A stretch of 64,000 nucleotides of DNA from Schmidtea nova (lineage: Eukaryota), in the NCBI GenBank assembly GCA_044892505.1, contig CM097883.1:55366001-55430000 (forward strand). Reading direction: 5' to 3'. Made by a program: the position numbers and the translations under genes. Each line of letters opens with the position of its first letter. Position 1 is the stretch's first letter. A model generated the notes under the pieces. That model did not search any database and was not told the DNA's origin. It worked only from the letters and a program-made list of their open reading frames with translations. Shown in pieces: positions 1 through 12,085 of this stretch.

Positions 1-715
1 TTGTAAATTGAAAAACTTTAGGAAAGTTAATAGAGAGAGGAAAGAAGCGATTATAATAAAACTTTACTCAATTAAACGTACTAGAAAAGGCGATCACCCA
101 TTGGGTCATCTGCCTTAACGTTGAATCAAATTAATAAACGAAAAAAGTACAAATAATTGTAAAATTGATAATTGTATCGATTCAATAAATTGAAATTTAA
201 GACAAAGTGTAATTTGTTGTGACAGTCAAATAAAATTATTCAGTGTTTGGTACTATTGATCTTGATAGATAAAAGGACACGAGGAGTCAGAGGTTGCGTT
301 GATCTAGTGTTTAAATAAAATAACCCAACAAAACTTTGAGGAGATTTGAAAAAGAGAATAGGATTTTGAAACTTAAAAATTAGACAATTAATAATGTTTT
401 TGAATTATTTACTGACACTCTAGGACCCGATATATTTAAACTAGTTTATTATACATTCTGAATAAAAAGTTAACAGTATTTAAAACTTTCTTCAAGACCA
501 TAATTGAACCTAATTGAACCACTTGCTACACTTTTGATTAAAAAATTAAAAATCGTTCATTTTATTTTAGTTAATTATTAAACAGATCACATGCGTATGT
601 GAACTATAACTTGAGAAGTATGAATAATAAGCCATCTAAATAAAAGTTTTAATTAATTTTTTAAATTTAAATTTAATTATTAATTTTTTAAAAATAATTG
701 ACTGCCATCATTTAG

Positions 716-3700
716 ATACCCTGATTTCAAAGAAAATGTCCGTCAGTATGTGCTTGGTTTCTAGCGGATTTTTCCAATTGTTATACACGCTAATGTCGGG
801 CCAACCCCTTGAAGTTGTGGGAATCACTGGTCCTGTCTATGTTGTAGAGAAGGTGTTAGGACTGGTGAAGATAATTATAATATTTGTTAATATTATTAAT
901 GAAAGTTTTCTTTTAATAGTTGTCCACAAGCCTCGGTATTGAACTGGAAGTAATGAGGTTTTGGATTGGGGTCTACGTTTCGATTCTCGGTTTCATTTTC
1001 TCAATGTGTAATGGAGTTATAATTATCAAACATTTTCGAAGATCTGTTGAAGAAGTTTATAACTTCTTCGTTGGAATTATATTCATCTTATCGGCACTTT
1101 TCACAATGTTTAAGGTGATAATTTATCAATTCTAGACTATTTTCTCTGATTTCTTTTTATTAGGCACTTCCTTATCATTACATACCAATAGATGAGGTCT
1201 ATATGTCAAATATCACTCTAATTAACGATGAAAGGTTTAGATTCGCTCGCGGTGGAACGACACTTTTTATGGCGTTTTTGATGCTTAATTTTTGTTTAAT
1301 GTTGGTTCAAATTAAGCGAGGCTCATTTTTCAGGCGACAGGTGGGAACTTCAAATGTTGTTTTTCTTATCAAATATTTTCCCCCAATAGATAAGGAATCT
1401 TTTGGGATCGTTTAATGTTCCACTTGGAATTATTTTAATAGTTGCAATCGAAAGAATATTTTTCCAAGCTTTCAAAATGCCAACTCTAAACGTGCCTCCA
1501 AGTAACCAAATTAATACATCAATATGGATAAACCCCCCTCGGTTTGAATCTGTTGCTAATGCCTCAAGATCTGCTCATCTATTTTGCTTTGCAATTAGTT
1601 TGAGTTTATTTTTCATTCTAATTGTTGAAGTTTCAACTAATTCGTAAGTTGCTCGTTACTTAGAGGAAAACTTGAAATTTAATTTGAGTCTTATTTTTAA
1701 AAATTTTTATAATTATCAAAACTAATTTAATTGTTTTGTTTAGACATGTTTAAAGTCAAACGTAGACATGGGTTTCCGCACATAAACGCAAAAGGTAGCA
1801 CATGCTTCCCTTGGAAAATGAAAAATATATATTTTTAAAAAACTACTTTTTTAGATTTTAAACAATTCGTTCTCACTAAGACAGTAATAATCCACAAAGT
1901 ACAATTCTGACAAAGAAATTTAAATTATGCTTTAAGAAAATCTACTCAAACTGTTACAATTGTTAAATATAACGTTTCACACTTGATAGTATGACTTTTG
2001 CATTAGATAGTGTTAATATTTCATTAAATAGTGTTTATTCGTAATAGTGATAACGTACTTGCAATTATTGTTTAGATGAATTTTAGTATAAAATAAAAGT
2101 TTAAGTGACCATACAAACAAGAATTATATATATATACACACTTGATAAAGGCTGTGCCGAAATATTATGTTATTGTTTATAAAAAAAAATTTTGATCTAT
2201 AGTCATNNNNNNNNNNNNNNNNNNNNNNNNNNNNNNNNNNNNNNNNNNNNNNNNNNNNNNNNNNNNNNNNNNNNNNNNNNNNNNNNNNNNNNNNNNNNNN
2301 NNNNNNNNNNNNNNNNNNNNNNNNNNNNNNNNNNNNNNNNNAAAAAAATTAATGAAAATTTCTGAAAAAGAAGAAAATAGGTTAAAGGTGAACAAAATAA
2401 AAGAAGTTAATGATTTCATAAATGCACACATTTTTGTTTTTTTTGTTTTTGAGAAAAAATGTGTTAAATTACATTTAATACAAAACCTGCCTGTTTAATT
2501 TATTCAATGGTAAAATATTACGTTATAAATTTGATACAGAAGCACTAAAGGGTTAAAATAATTTGTTCAATCTAATTAAAATTAAATATTATTTAAATTA
2601 ATAGTTGTTATATAAATTTTTCTAGAATCTCCGTAACTAAATCTGAAAGGAAATTGGTTAAAGATAGCATGTTTTCTTTGAATTTTTTCTTTATCCTTGT
2701 CGTGTTTCCTCTGATATCTGCATTTCTCGGATGGCCGTATGTATCTGGAGCCATGGTGAGGTCAAATGCCCATTGCATTGCTATGGCAAAATGGAGCCTG
2801 AATAATTTGCCTGGAGTGTCACCTAAGTAAGTGCATTATATTATTCCGTATCATTATGAACTATATTTCATAAAATGTTACATTCTACGCAATTAAAATG
2901 AAGTTTATTTTTAATAAACTTACTAAAAGCAAATAAATCAGTTGAATGTTTGAAATCAGGATTTAAACAGTGAACCAACGGTGGAGATGTAGAAGATGTG
3001 TACCGCACATGGACCCTTAGCCCTAGGACTTAATGCTTACAATTTGATTCGGGACTGGATATACATTTATGTTCAAAGTCGAAATAATGATTTTAATTTA
3101 TATATATATGTGCGTGTGTGTGTGTATAATGTGCACATTTTATTAATAAAATACTTTATCTTTATAAATATTCAGAGTTATTGGTGCCGCAGAACAGAGA
3201 GTGTCAGGAATTTTCGTTGGAGTTCTCGTATTACTATCCGTGTTTCTGGGTTCGGCATTGAGATATATCCCAATGGCAGCAATGTATGGAATGTTCCTTT
3301 ATATGGGAGTCATGGGTGTTAGAGATCTAGTTGTAACTAGACGATTAAAAAATCTATTTCAACGAAGAAAACATTGGCATCAACATGATTTTTTGAAAGA
3401 TTATCCAACATTTAATTTATTAATACTCGTATCAATACAAGGATTTTTCATCGCTATTTTGATAGTTTTAAACTGTCTATCGGATTTCACAAAACATTCA
3501 TGGACTCCACTTATATTTCCATTTTTCATAGGTTTGTTCGCATTTATCAGAGGCTATATTTTACCACTTTGGCCAAGACTTAACACTTATTTATCTAAGG
3601 TAAGNNNNNNNNNNNNNNNNNNNNNNNNNNNNNNNNNNNNNNNNNNNNNNNNNNNNNNNNNNNNNNNNNNNNNNNNNNNNNNNNNNNNNNNNNNNNNNNN

Positions 3701-4361
3701 NNNNNNNNNNNNNNNNNNNNNNNNNNNNNNNNNNNNNNNNNNNNNNNNNNNNNNNNNNNNNNNNNNNNNNNNNNNNNNNNNNNNNNNNNNNNNNNNNNNN
3801 NNNNNNNNNNNNNNNNNNNNNNNNNNNNNNNNNNNNNNNNNNNNNNNNNNNNNNNNNNNNNNNNNNNNNNNNNNNNNNNNNNNNNNNNNNNNNNNNNNNN
3901 NNNNNNNNNNNNNNNNNNNNNNNNNNNNNNNNNNNNNNNNNNNNNNNNNNNNNNNNNNNNNNNNNNNNNNNNNNNNNNNNNNNNNNNNNNNNNNNNNNNN
4001 NNNNNNNNNNNNNNNNNNNNNNNNNNNNNNNNNNNNNNNNNNNNNNNNNNNNNNNNNNNNNNNNNNNNNNNNNNNNNNNNNNNNNNNNNNNNNNNNNNNN
4101 NNNNNNNNNNNNNNNNNNNNNNNNNNNNNNNNNNNNNNNNNNNNNNNNNNNNNNNNNNNNNNNNNNNNNNNNNNNNNNNNNNNNNNNGATAAAAAACATC
4201 CAGTAAAACTTTATGATGGTAAAAAGCCAGCAGAGCAAATTATTATAATAAAGGATGACACAGGAGTGAATATGGTTGTCGTACCTGTGGATTCCAAGGA
4301 TGAGGACAATGATTCTTCTAACGAAGATAAAGAGTCCGAATTAGATAAAGAGTTATGGTAG
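716..4361 (+). CDS. SLC4-family (band 3-like) bicarbonate/anion transporter, spliced; 5' exons not resolved, one intron/exon boundary lies in an N gap
   Basis: GT-AG exons 716-864, 920-1114, 1164-1340, 1390-1643, 2626-2826, 3176-3599 and a terminal part 4188-4361 join in frame. Translation shows SLC4 membrane-domain motifs: SGQPLEVVGITGPV, FRRSVEEVYNFFVGIIFI, LGSFNVPLGI, ERKLVK, GWPYVSGAMVRSNAH, EQRVSGIFV, IPMAAMYGMFLYMGV. Confidence 0.9.
2136..2206. mobile_element. Partial copy of hairpin (foldback) MITE family, running into an N gap
   Basis: cacacttgataaaggctgtgccgaaatatt...ttttgatctatagtcat matches the right arm of the 29.4-kb hairpin element. Confidence 0.8.
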
Positions 4362-4649
4362 ACGAAACTTTACACTTGAACATGCATCACAGATTGAATG
4401 TGTTTTGTCACCATATTAATTTATATTTATTATTAATAAATTTTAATAAATCTCATTTACATCTTTGTTCTCGTTATATCTTGCTATATCTATGAAAAAT
4501 ATCAATTAAAAAGTGTGACTTATGTAATTTGTGGAACACTTTATATACATTTTCTCTTTCATCAAGGTTTTTAATGCAAATAAATTTAAAAAATACATTT
4601 TCGAAAAGTTCACGCTTCCCAATCGTTATCTTACGCAAATTAGTCTACT

Positions 4650-5634
4650 TTAGAAAGTGAACATTTCATTCTTTTCCTAATTAAAAAAAATTTTAATTTC
4701 AATTATCCTTATTTAGTTTTATTTATTTATTTTATTTATTTGTATCTTAGAAATACTGATGTCGATTCACGACAAACTAGATAATTTTCCAGTTGCCGCT
4801 GAAAAGATGTACTCGCATCAGTTAAAGGTGGAGAAGCTGCTGCTCACGCACAACCCCAAGAAGAACTAAGTTCTTCATTGGAGGCTTCTCCAGCTATTTA
4901 TTAATATAGGGGTTAAATTTTAAAGGTACATCGTGCAATTAAATTTAATCAAAATAATATATTTAAAAAATATATCGACATGAACACACAATTAAGGGCT
5001 TCGGTTACTAATAAACTTGATAAAAATTATTTTAAATTGATAAATAACAGTTTATACAGGAAAACCGAAGAAAATCTCAAAAAATGAATTAATCTTAGAT
5101 TATGCAATTCATCAACTAAATTGCTCACATATTGCTCTAAACCGACTTTTTGGAAGAGTACTAAAATTGATAATAATTTAATTTCCGTTTTGTTGAGAAA
5201 GGAATAGTTGTGTTTGGATAGACCCAGTTACATAGGTCAAACTGTGCTAGATCTGTCCAAACAGCGAATGTATCAGCTGCAGTATAATGATTTGGAAAAA
5301 TATAGACATGAATTTAATTGTCAAATCAATATTATTGCTGGGGACACCGATTCCTTTTTCCTTGAAATAAAAATTGTAAATTAGATTGTCTCTTATCAGC
5401 AATGAAAAGGGATAATCTATTAGATACTTCTAATTATGATTCGGCCCATTCATTATATTCAAGGAACTTTGACTCAGGGATTGGAAAATTTAAGGATGAG
5501 AGTAAAGACCTTGAATATAATGAATGGCTATTTTTGAGGCTTAAAGTGAACCTTTCATTCTTTTCCTAATTAAAAAAAATTTTAATTTCAATTATCCTTA
5601 TTTAGTTTTATTTATTTTTATCTTAGAAAGTGAA
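4650..5634 (+). repeat. ~90-100-bp direct repeat (4655-4753 and 5543-5634) bracketing the pPolB fragment
   Basis: aagtgaac(a/c)tttcattcttttcctaattaaaaaaaattttaatttcaattatccttatttagtttt...tatcttagaaa occurs twice. TTAGAAAGTGAA is at both 4650-4661 and 5623-5634. Confidence 0.85.
4748..5545 (+). pseudogene. Polinton-type pPolB internal fragment with stops and frameshifts
   Basis: Translates to LEILMSIHDKLDNFPVAAEKM...VEKLLLTHNPKKN*VLHWRLLQL...KLINNSLY...LDRPSYIGQTVLDLSK...IAGDTDSFFLEIK...GKFKDESK...EWLFLR, colinear with the intact pPolB in this window. Confidence 0.9.
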
Positions 5635-6476
5635 AGTAGCATATTAGTGGTTCTGATTTCCTGACATTCATATCTAACGTTTTGGTTCGTTGAATTGTTG
5701 TAACGCACATTTCCTCCAATGATATCTCTTCTTTGTTTCCAATGCTGTATATTTCTAGGACCTTTATTTCCATTAGCTTGTCTGCGACCTTGGCTAGCTT
5801 ATTCACGTCTTGTTATGGATTTAATGTCAGCATTAGTTGAATTTGCTTTGGTAATATTCTTAAAAATAATTGCTTGATTAAAAGATCATTGTTGGCAGAA
5901 CCTTCTTGAATTTTATTTAAATTGCTTCTGAATTTTTTAATGTACTCGGATGGCTTTAACGTGCCTAAACTTGGCGTTTTGAAATAGAGCTCTATCAAAT
6001 TGCTATTTTGAGGTAGGTATTGTTTCTCTATTGCAGACATTAGGTTTCCATATGGCTCTTTATCCGCGAGTATGAATTCTAGTTTCTCTTCTATCTCGTG
6101 TAAGGTTAGGTAAAGCTGCAATCAACAATAACGCGTTGTTCATTAAAGAAGAAATATTGCAAACCAGATTTTTGGAGATCCATCTTTTCCTAAATAAAAC
6201 TCTGGTAATTTCGGTTTTTCCACTGCGAAAACGTTTTCTAATCGATAATCTTCTGTCTCATTGGTTTTGATATCCATTTTCCCAATTGTTAGGTTTTCTT
6301 CTGAAACCATTTTGCTATGAATTCGAATATAAGATGTTCAATAATTTTTTCAAATCACAACTTTGATTCTTTCCAAATTTGAATTTCTCCTTTTCCTTTT
6401 CTTCTGGTTATTTAAACAAAAATAATTTATCATATATTTGCAATATCATTTAATTATATAATAATAAAACACTACA
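5623..6476 (-). mobile_element. 5' part of a second Ty3/Gypsy element: LTR (~6313-6476), PBS-like site, degenerate gag, truncated at the Zn knuckle
   Basis: On the minus strand: TGTAGTG...TAGCA, then TGGTTTCAGAAG (6298-6309), then gag-like KPKLPEFY...KIWFAI, KPSEY, KQLFLRILP, LAKVADKLME and ICYFH. Confidence 0.75.
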
Positions 6477-6829
6477 ATGGTTTATTCACCATTTTCTTAA
6501 ATATGGTTTATTCACCATTTTCTTAAATATGGTTTATTCACCATTTTCTTAAATATGGTTTGTTCACCATTATCTCAAATATGGTTGTTGAGTTTTTGTT
6601 TAATAAAAAATAGAACTGAAAATAGAAATGAACAATTTTTATTTTTATTACAATTTTCTTATCCTCCTTTTTCCCATCTAGAATATTAAAACAAAGTTAG
6701 TTCTTTTTCAATGTTGGTAATGCACGATTAATTATAAATATATTTTAATAATTTTATCTAATCAATTTTTAATAATTAATAATTAAGATTTAGCAGATAA
6801 AAGGTCACCACATACAGCCCCCAACATAA

Positions 6830-9790
6830 GAAGTGGAACGATCTGAAAATCGGAAGAAGAAAAGAGAGACAAAACAACTGTTAGAAATCTAAACAACTCA
6901 ATCATCTTCAATGTTGTAACAAGGTTTTACTTTGCATAAGTTTACAGTTCTGTGAAAATTTTCAAGGAGAATCCTTATCATATTGTTTTCTGGTTGAATA
7001 GTTATTACTTTGAACGGATCGGTGTAACGAGATTGCATAGATTTTGGATTTTCTCTTATCAACCACACGTATTTTGCATTATAAATGTTCTTTGGAACAT
7101 GAATTGGCAGATTTTCCGGGATGTTTGGTTGTGTGTTGAGATTCTCAAAATACTTCTTCGCCGTGTTGAGTTGAGAGTCGTTAGATGGATTGTCGGGATA
7201 GAAAAGCTCATTGATAAGAGATCTGTTTGTTCCGAAAGGGAGTTGAGCAGGTCATGTTCCGTGTTGACTGTTCGGAATATTCCGTCATCCCAAAAGTATA
7301 TATAAGAGTGCACATGACCAGTCGTGATTTTTTGCGAAGGTACGTAAAGAACCTTTTAGTGTTCTGTGGAAAATTTCTACCAATCCATTAGTCTGAGTGT
7401 GGAAAGAAGTTCAAGGATTTTGTAAGTGCGTTGAACAGCTGAGATTCAAATTGTCTTCCTTGATCAGTTATGATATATCTTGGTGTGCCGAAGCGTGCAA
7501 TCCAATTATTTACGAAGGTCTCCGCAATTGTTTCAGTGTTCATTGAGCGTAATGGAAAAGCCTCTGGCCATCTCGTGTTACGATCGATCATTGTTACGAT
7601 ATAGGTGTATCCGCGCGAAGGAGGGAGCGGTCCAACAATATCAAGGTGCATAATTTCGAAACGGCTGCCTGTTGGGTAGTGTATAAGGGGAGGAAGAATA
7701 TGGCGTAATATTTTGTTTTGTTGGCAATTGAAGCACAATTTGCACCATATTTTCAGGTCTCTACCCATGAATGGCCAGATGACTTTTGTTCGCAAAAGTT
7801 CGTATGTTGCTCGAATTCCGCAGTGAGTTGATTCGTGAATGTTCTTGAAAGCTAGTGGTCTGATGGCTGTTCCGAGCACAGGTCGCGGATAACCTGAGAA
7901 TATCAGGTCAAAGAAAATCCCGTTGCGAAGAACTGGGGCGGTTTTGAACAATATTAATTAATATGGGCGAGGTTGATTATTTCTTAGAATTTCTACGTTA
8001 AAAAGGGGCTCAAAGGAAATGTTACAAACTTCGACCCGTGAAAAACAATCTGCAACTATGTTGTCTGCACCCGCGATGTATTCAATGCTTTGATCAAATT
8101 CGTAAAGATAGCTGATATTTCATTGTTGCCTCGGAGATGGGTATTTCATTGATAGGCAATGCTACAAGGGCTTGTGGTCTGTAGCAACTACAAATTTCTT
8201 ACCAATTAATAAATTATCAAAATGTTTAACTGAAAGGTGTAATCCAAGGAGTTCTCTGTCAAACGTTGAATATCGACTTTGGACCTCCTTTAATTTATGT
8301 GAAAAGAATTCTAATGGTTCTGGTATATTGTCTTTCAGTTGAGTTAGCACAGCACCTATGGCTATGTTTGACGCATCTGTTGTGAGTTTGAGTGGTAATC
8401 TCATGTCCGGATAATTTAGTGAGACGATGTTTTGTAAGGTATTCTTAACTGATCGAAACGCATTATCAGCGTTTTTTGTCCAAATAATTTTCGAGTTTTT
8501 TGGGCCTTGAGATAAAGATGTCAAGGGAGCGACTATAACCGAAAGATTCGGAATGAATTTCCTGCAGAAATTGACAGTTCCAAGGAAACTCCGCAATGCG
8601 GTTACGACCTCTGGCCTGGGAAAATCTTTAATTGCTTTTAACCGCGTGTCAAGAGGTCTAATGCCACTCGAAGAGATATTGTGCCCCAAAAATGCTACTT
8701 CTGATGTGAAAAAAGAGCACTTTTCGAATTTTAGTTGAAGAATGTATTTATTTAATTGAGATAATGTTTCATGAAGATCTGTTTTATGGGCTTCGATATC
8801 TGGTGAAGCAACGATATACAATAGAGTGTTGTAAGACATCCAATACAATGTCGATGTGACGTTGAAAGGTCTGTGAAGCATTGCGCAATCCGAAGGGCAT
8901 AAACAAATATTCAAATAAACCAAATGGTGTAATTACCGCTGTTTTAGGAATAGATTCATGTTCCATTGGAATATGATGGTAAGCCTTAGCTAAATATATA
9001 GACGAAAAAATGGTGCAACCTGAAAATCTCTGCAAAATATCGGAAATCAGTGGCATGGGGTAAGAGTCGGGTATTGTTATTTTATTTACTCCGCGATAGT
9101 CACCACAAATTCTTAGTGAACCATCTTTCTTTTCAACAATCTGTAGCGGAGATGCCCAAGGATATGACGAACGTCTTATAATTCCTTGTTTCTCTAATTC
9201 AGCGAATTCCGTTTCTGCAGCGTTACGGCAATCTTGAGCTAGTTCACGGCGACGTTGTCTAATGGGAGCGCTGGCGCTTGTTGCAATAATATGGCTTGGT
9301 TCATTTGAGAAGCTGTTTGCAATTCGTTGTTTGGACATGGTGAGTGGGAAAATTTTTGTTTAAAATAATGGGGTGATAGTTGTCAGTATGTCTATTGCAC
9401 TTACTGTTGAAATTTGGTTAGCTTTTGTGGAGATAAATTTCTTGTTTGAACAATCGACAAGTAGTTTGAAGTGATTAAAGAAATCTGCGCCAATTATCGG
9501 TCTTGTGGTGTCCGCAACAGTAAAAGACCAGGAGTAATGATGGTCCATGTTAAGCAGAGGGGAAATGAGTTCAATTTGAGAGTACGTTGTGACGACGGAA
9601 CCATTCGCGGTGAAATGTTTGAAGTCAGAGGTAGGCGAGTTTGAAAATAGTGAGGGTGGCAAGATCGAAAAGGCTGAACCAGTGTTAATAAGAAAAGAAA
9701 TAGTTTTAAAATGTAAATTAGCTATATTGGCCGTATTTGAAAACATATCAGTTGGCTACTCCGGTCCGGGCAGTGTGAAACGAGGGTGCG
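6830..9790 (-). pseudogene. Gypsy pol: protease, reverse transcriptase, RNase H and integrase, frameshifted
   Basis: FLINTGS (protease motif, catalytic D appears as N), YPWASPL...DGSLRICGDYR...KAYHHIP...YLFMPFGLRNASQTFQR (RT), TTDAS...YSTFDRELL...TDHKPL (RH), H..THCG...C..CQ, HLDIVGPLP, TDQGRQFES (IN). Confidence 0.93.
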
Positions 9791-10006
9791 CTTAGTTTTT
9801 TGAAGTATTCTTGTAGTTAACACAGCCTTCAAGACACTTTAACGCCTTACCTTTAAAATTTGCATGATATATGCATGTATCCAAAATCGTGATATTAGCG
9901 CTTTTGTCTGTTCACTGACAACCGATGTAGCATTTCTTTGCTTTGGAGTTGAATGTTCTGTGGTAATAACAAATCATGCTATTAGTTATAACTTCACCAT
10001 GTTGTG

Positions 10007-10850
10007 GCTAGTACCACTTGCAAAACTACGTCAATCAGTAATGATCCTGGCGAATGGAATATAACTGAAACAACGATTGATTTGGTGATAAATTTTGGTT
10101 TCAAATCAAATCAAGATATGGATTTTAGGAAATCGAAAAAACAGTTTGGTGACAAATCCCGTAGTTTAAATGTGCAACATTTTTCGAAACAATTAAAAAA
10201 TGGAGAAATGCGTGAAAGAGATTATTTATCATATTCAGCGTCAGACAATGCTCTGTATTGTATTCCTTGCTATTTGTTTAAAGGTAGCAGTTCGTTTGCT
10301 GAAAAGGCTGGTTGCTCAGATTTGAAAAATATTGCAAAACTATTAGATTCCCACTAAAATTCTTCTGCACATCATCGTTGTGCTACCGCCATGATTCAAA
10401 GAAACAATTAAAGTGGTAGCTTGAAAACTATTTTTCTGACAAATTTCATTAACGAAGTAGAGTACTGGAAAAATGTTTTAAAGAGAGTGGTATTTGTCAT
10501 AAATAAACTATGTAGTCGTGGATTACCACTTCGATGTCATTATAAATAGTTGCAGAATATGATCCATTTCTGAAAGATCATATACTGAAGTATGGAAACT
10601 GTGGTTCTGGAAACACATCCTTTATTATAAAGGATTCATTTTGAACCAAAAGTAGTTATAATACAAATTTTAACTAAATCATAACATTTAAAATGAAAAG
10701 CAGTTCAATTTAATAATCATCAACCAGTTACTAACCCACTACCCATTGATAAATTCGATTAGAATTTTATGTACATTAAGAGTAATTTAATTAGATCTTT
10801 TTCAAATAAATTTCATTAGATTTCAAAATTTGTTAGTACTTTGAATAAAT
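10007..10850 (+). pseudogene. Internal hAT transposase fragment (TTF-type Zn-finger region) inserted in the Gypsy gag
   Basis: KNGEMRERDYLSYSASDNALYCIPCYLF...LDSH and later EVEYWKNVLKRVVFVINKLCSRGLPLR. Flanked by a 14-bp direct repeat TTCACCATGTTGTG (9993-10006, 10851-10864). Confidence 0.85.
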
Positions 10851-11068
10851 TTCACCATGTTGTGCGTCGCACATAACGTCAAGGCAGATTCTATTCTGGT
10901 CATTTGTTCAGTTAGTGTCGCAATTTGTGACTGGAAGGGCACTATCTGAGAATTGTGGATACCTTTTGATGTGAGCGGAGCGTCAGATGTGGGTAGCGAC
11001 ACAATGATTTTGTCAGCTAATTTAGCTAGCTCGTGTAGATCATCTATCCTTGATCCGAGCAAAACCGC

Positions 11069-12085
11069 TTAGACGGTCGTAGATAGTGAATCCATGAAAA
11101 ATTTCTGTATGAGCTTCTTATTACTAAAACCTGGGATGATGGTTTCCATGTCAGACATTACTTTATTTAGGAATTGCGTGAGTGATAGTAAACCCCTTGA
11201 CTGAGGGATAAAAAAGGATTTAATAATTTCTTCCTGTGGTTTTTTATAGGATTCGATAATTTTAAGTTTGAGGTTCTCATACGCGTGATCAGTTCCAATG
11301 ACTTCCAAAATAACGAGTGAAAACTTCTGGTGGACTTCAGTGGGAAGAGCAGAAAGGAGATTGTGAAATTTTGTCAAACGCGAAGAAATGTTTGAAGACT
11401 GAAAACGAGATTCAAGGATTGCGAACCAGCAATTCTGTAAACCCGAAACGTCCAAAAAATAAGGTATGGAAGCTTTTGGTAAAGATAATGCATTTGTATA
11501 AGCTCGATTGTCATTATCTACATCATAGTTGGTGCCCCCTATCAAGCGTGGGAGGACACGAATCATAGATCCAGAAGCGATGCCATTATCACGAAATGAT
11601 TTATCTAGAGAAATCGTCCTTCCATTCGTAGTGCAATAACAATCTCCTATGTCATCTAAAGGAAGTACAGAGCTAAGCGCTAATGAAGGGTTTTTAACAT
11701 TATAATGTATTATTTTACGATTAGGAAATTCTACATAAAAATTTAAATTCCATTTGATTTTAAATTTACTTAAAATAATGTGCATTAAGCAACAATTGAA
11801 AAAAATCCAACCCGCTTTTAATCTCCGATAAAATAATTCTTTCCATCGACTGTTGAATGATATTTCCATACGATGATTGCAAAAGTTGCTGATTTGCATT
11901 TGAGATTCCATTATCGAAATTGATATTTTGCTGACTGCCAATGATGATTGTTGCTGTTGAGCAAGCTGGATCTGTGATAGTAGAAGTTGGTATTGACCAC
12001 CATTGTGCATTCTTGTAGCGATTTTCTGTTCTTTTTCATTATCAGATTGATATTGATAGAAATTTTTTTGATCAAATTTTTGCAA
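11069..12085 (-). CDS. Gypsy Gag N-terminal part preceded in frame by a ubiquitin-like domain (about 11534-11749); Gag continues at 10851-11068 and 9792-10006 with lesions
   Basis: FYVEFPNRKIIHYNV...NGRTISLDKSFRDNGIASGSMIRVLPRLIGG is followed by the Gag-type segment IPYF...WFAILESRF...TKFHNLLSALP...YENLK. C-terminal knuckles are CYYHRTFNSKAKKCYIGC and CIYHANFKGKALKCLEGC. Confidence 0.8.
   Translation of the reverse strand: MQKFDQKNFYQYQSDNEKEQKIATRMHNGGQYQLLLSQIQLAQQQQSSLAVSKISISIMESQMQISNFCNHRMEISFNSRWKELFYRRLKAGWIFFNCCLMHIILSKFKIKWNLNFYVEFPNRKIIHYNVKNPSLALSSVLPLDDIGDCYCTTNGRTISLDKSFRDNGIASGSMIRVLPRLIGGTNYDVDNDNRAYTNALSLPKASIPYFLDVSGLQNCWFAILESRFQSSNISSRLTKFHNLLSALPTEVHQKFSLVILEVIGTDHAYENLKLKIIESYKKPQEEIIKSFFIPQSRGLLSLTQFLNKVMSDMETIIPGFSNKKLIQKFFMDSLSTTV

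Noticed and set aside
340-520. Upstream SLC4 exon (LFTDTLGPDIFKLVYLYIL)
   Set aside because: Weak similarity and no phase-compatible splice sites established.
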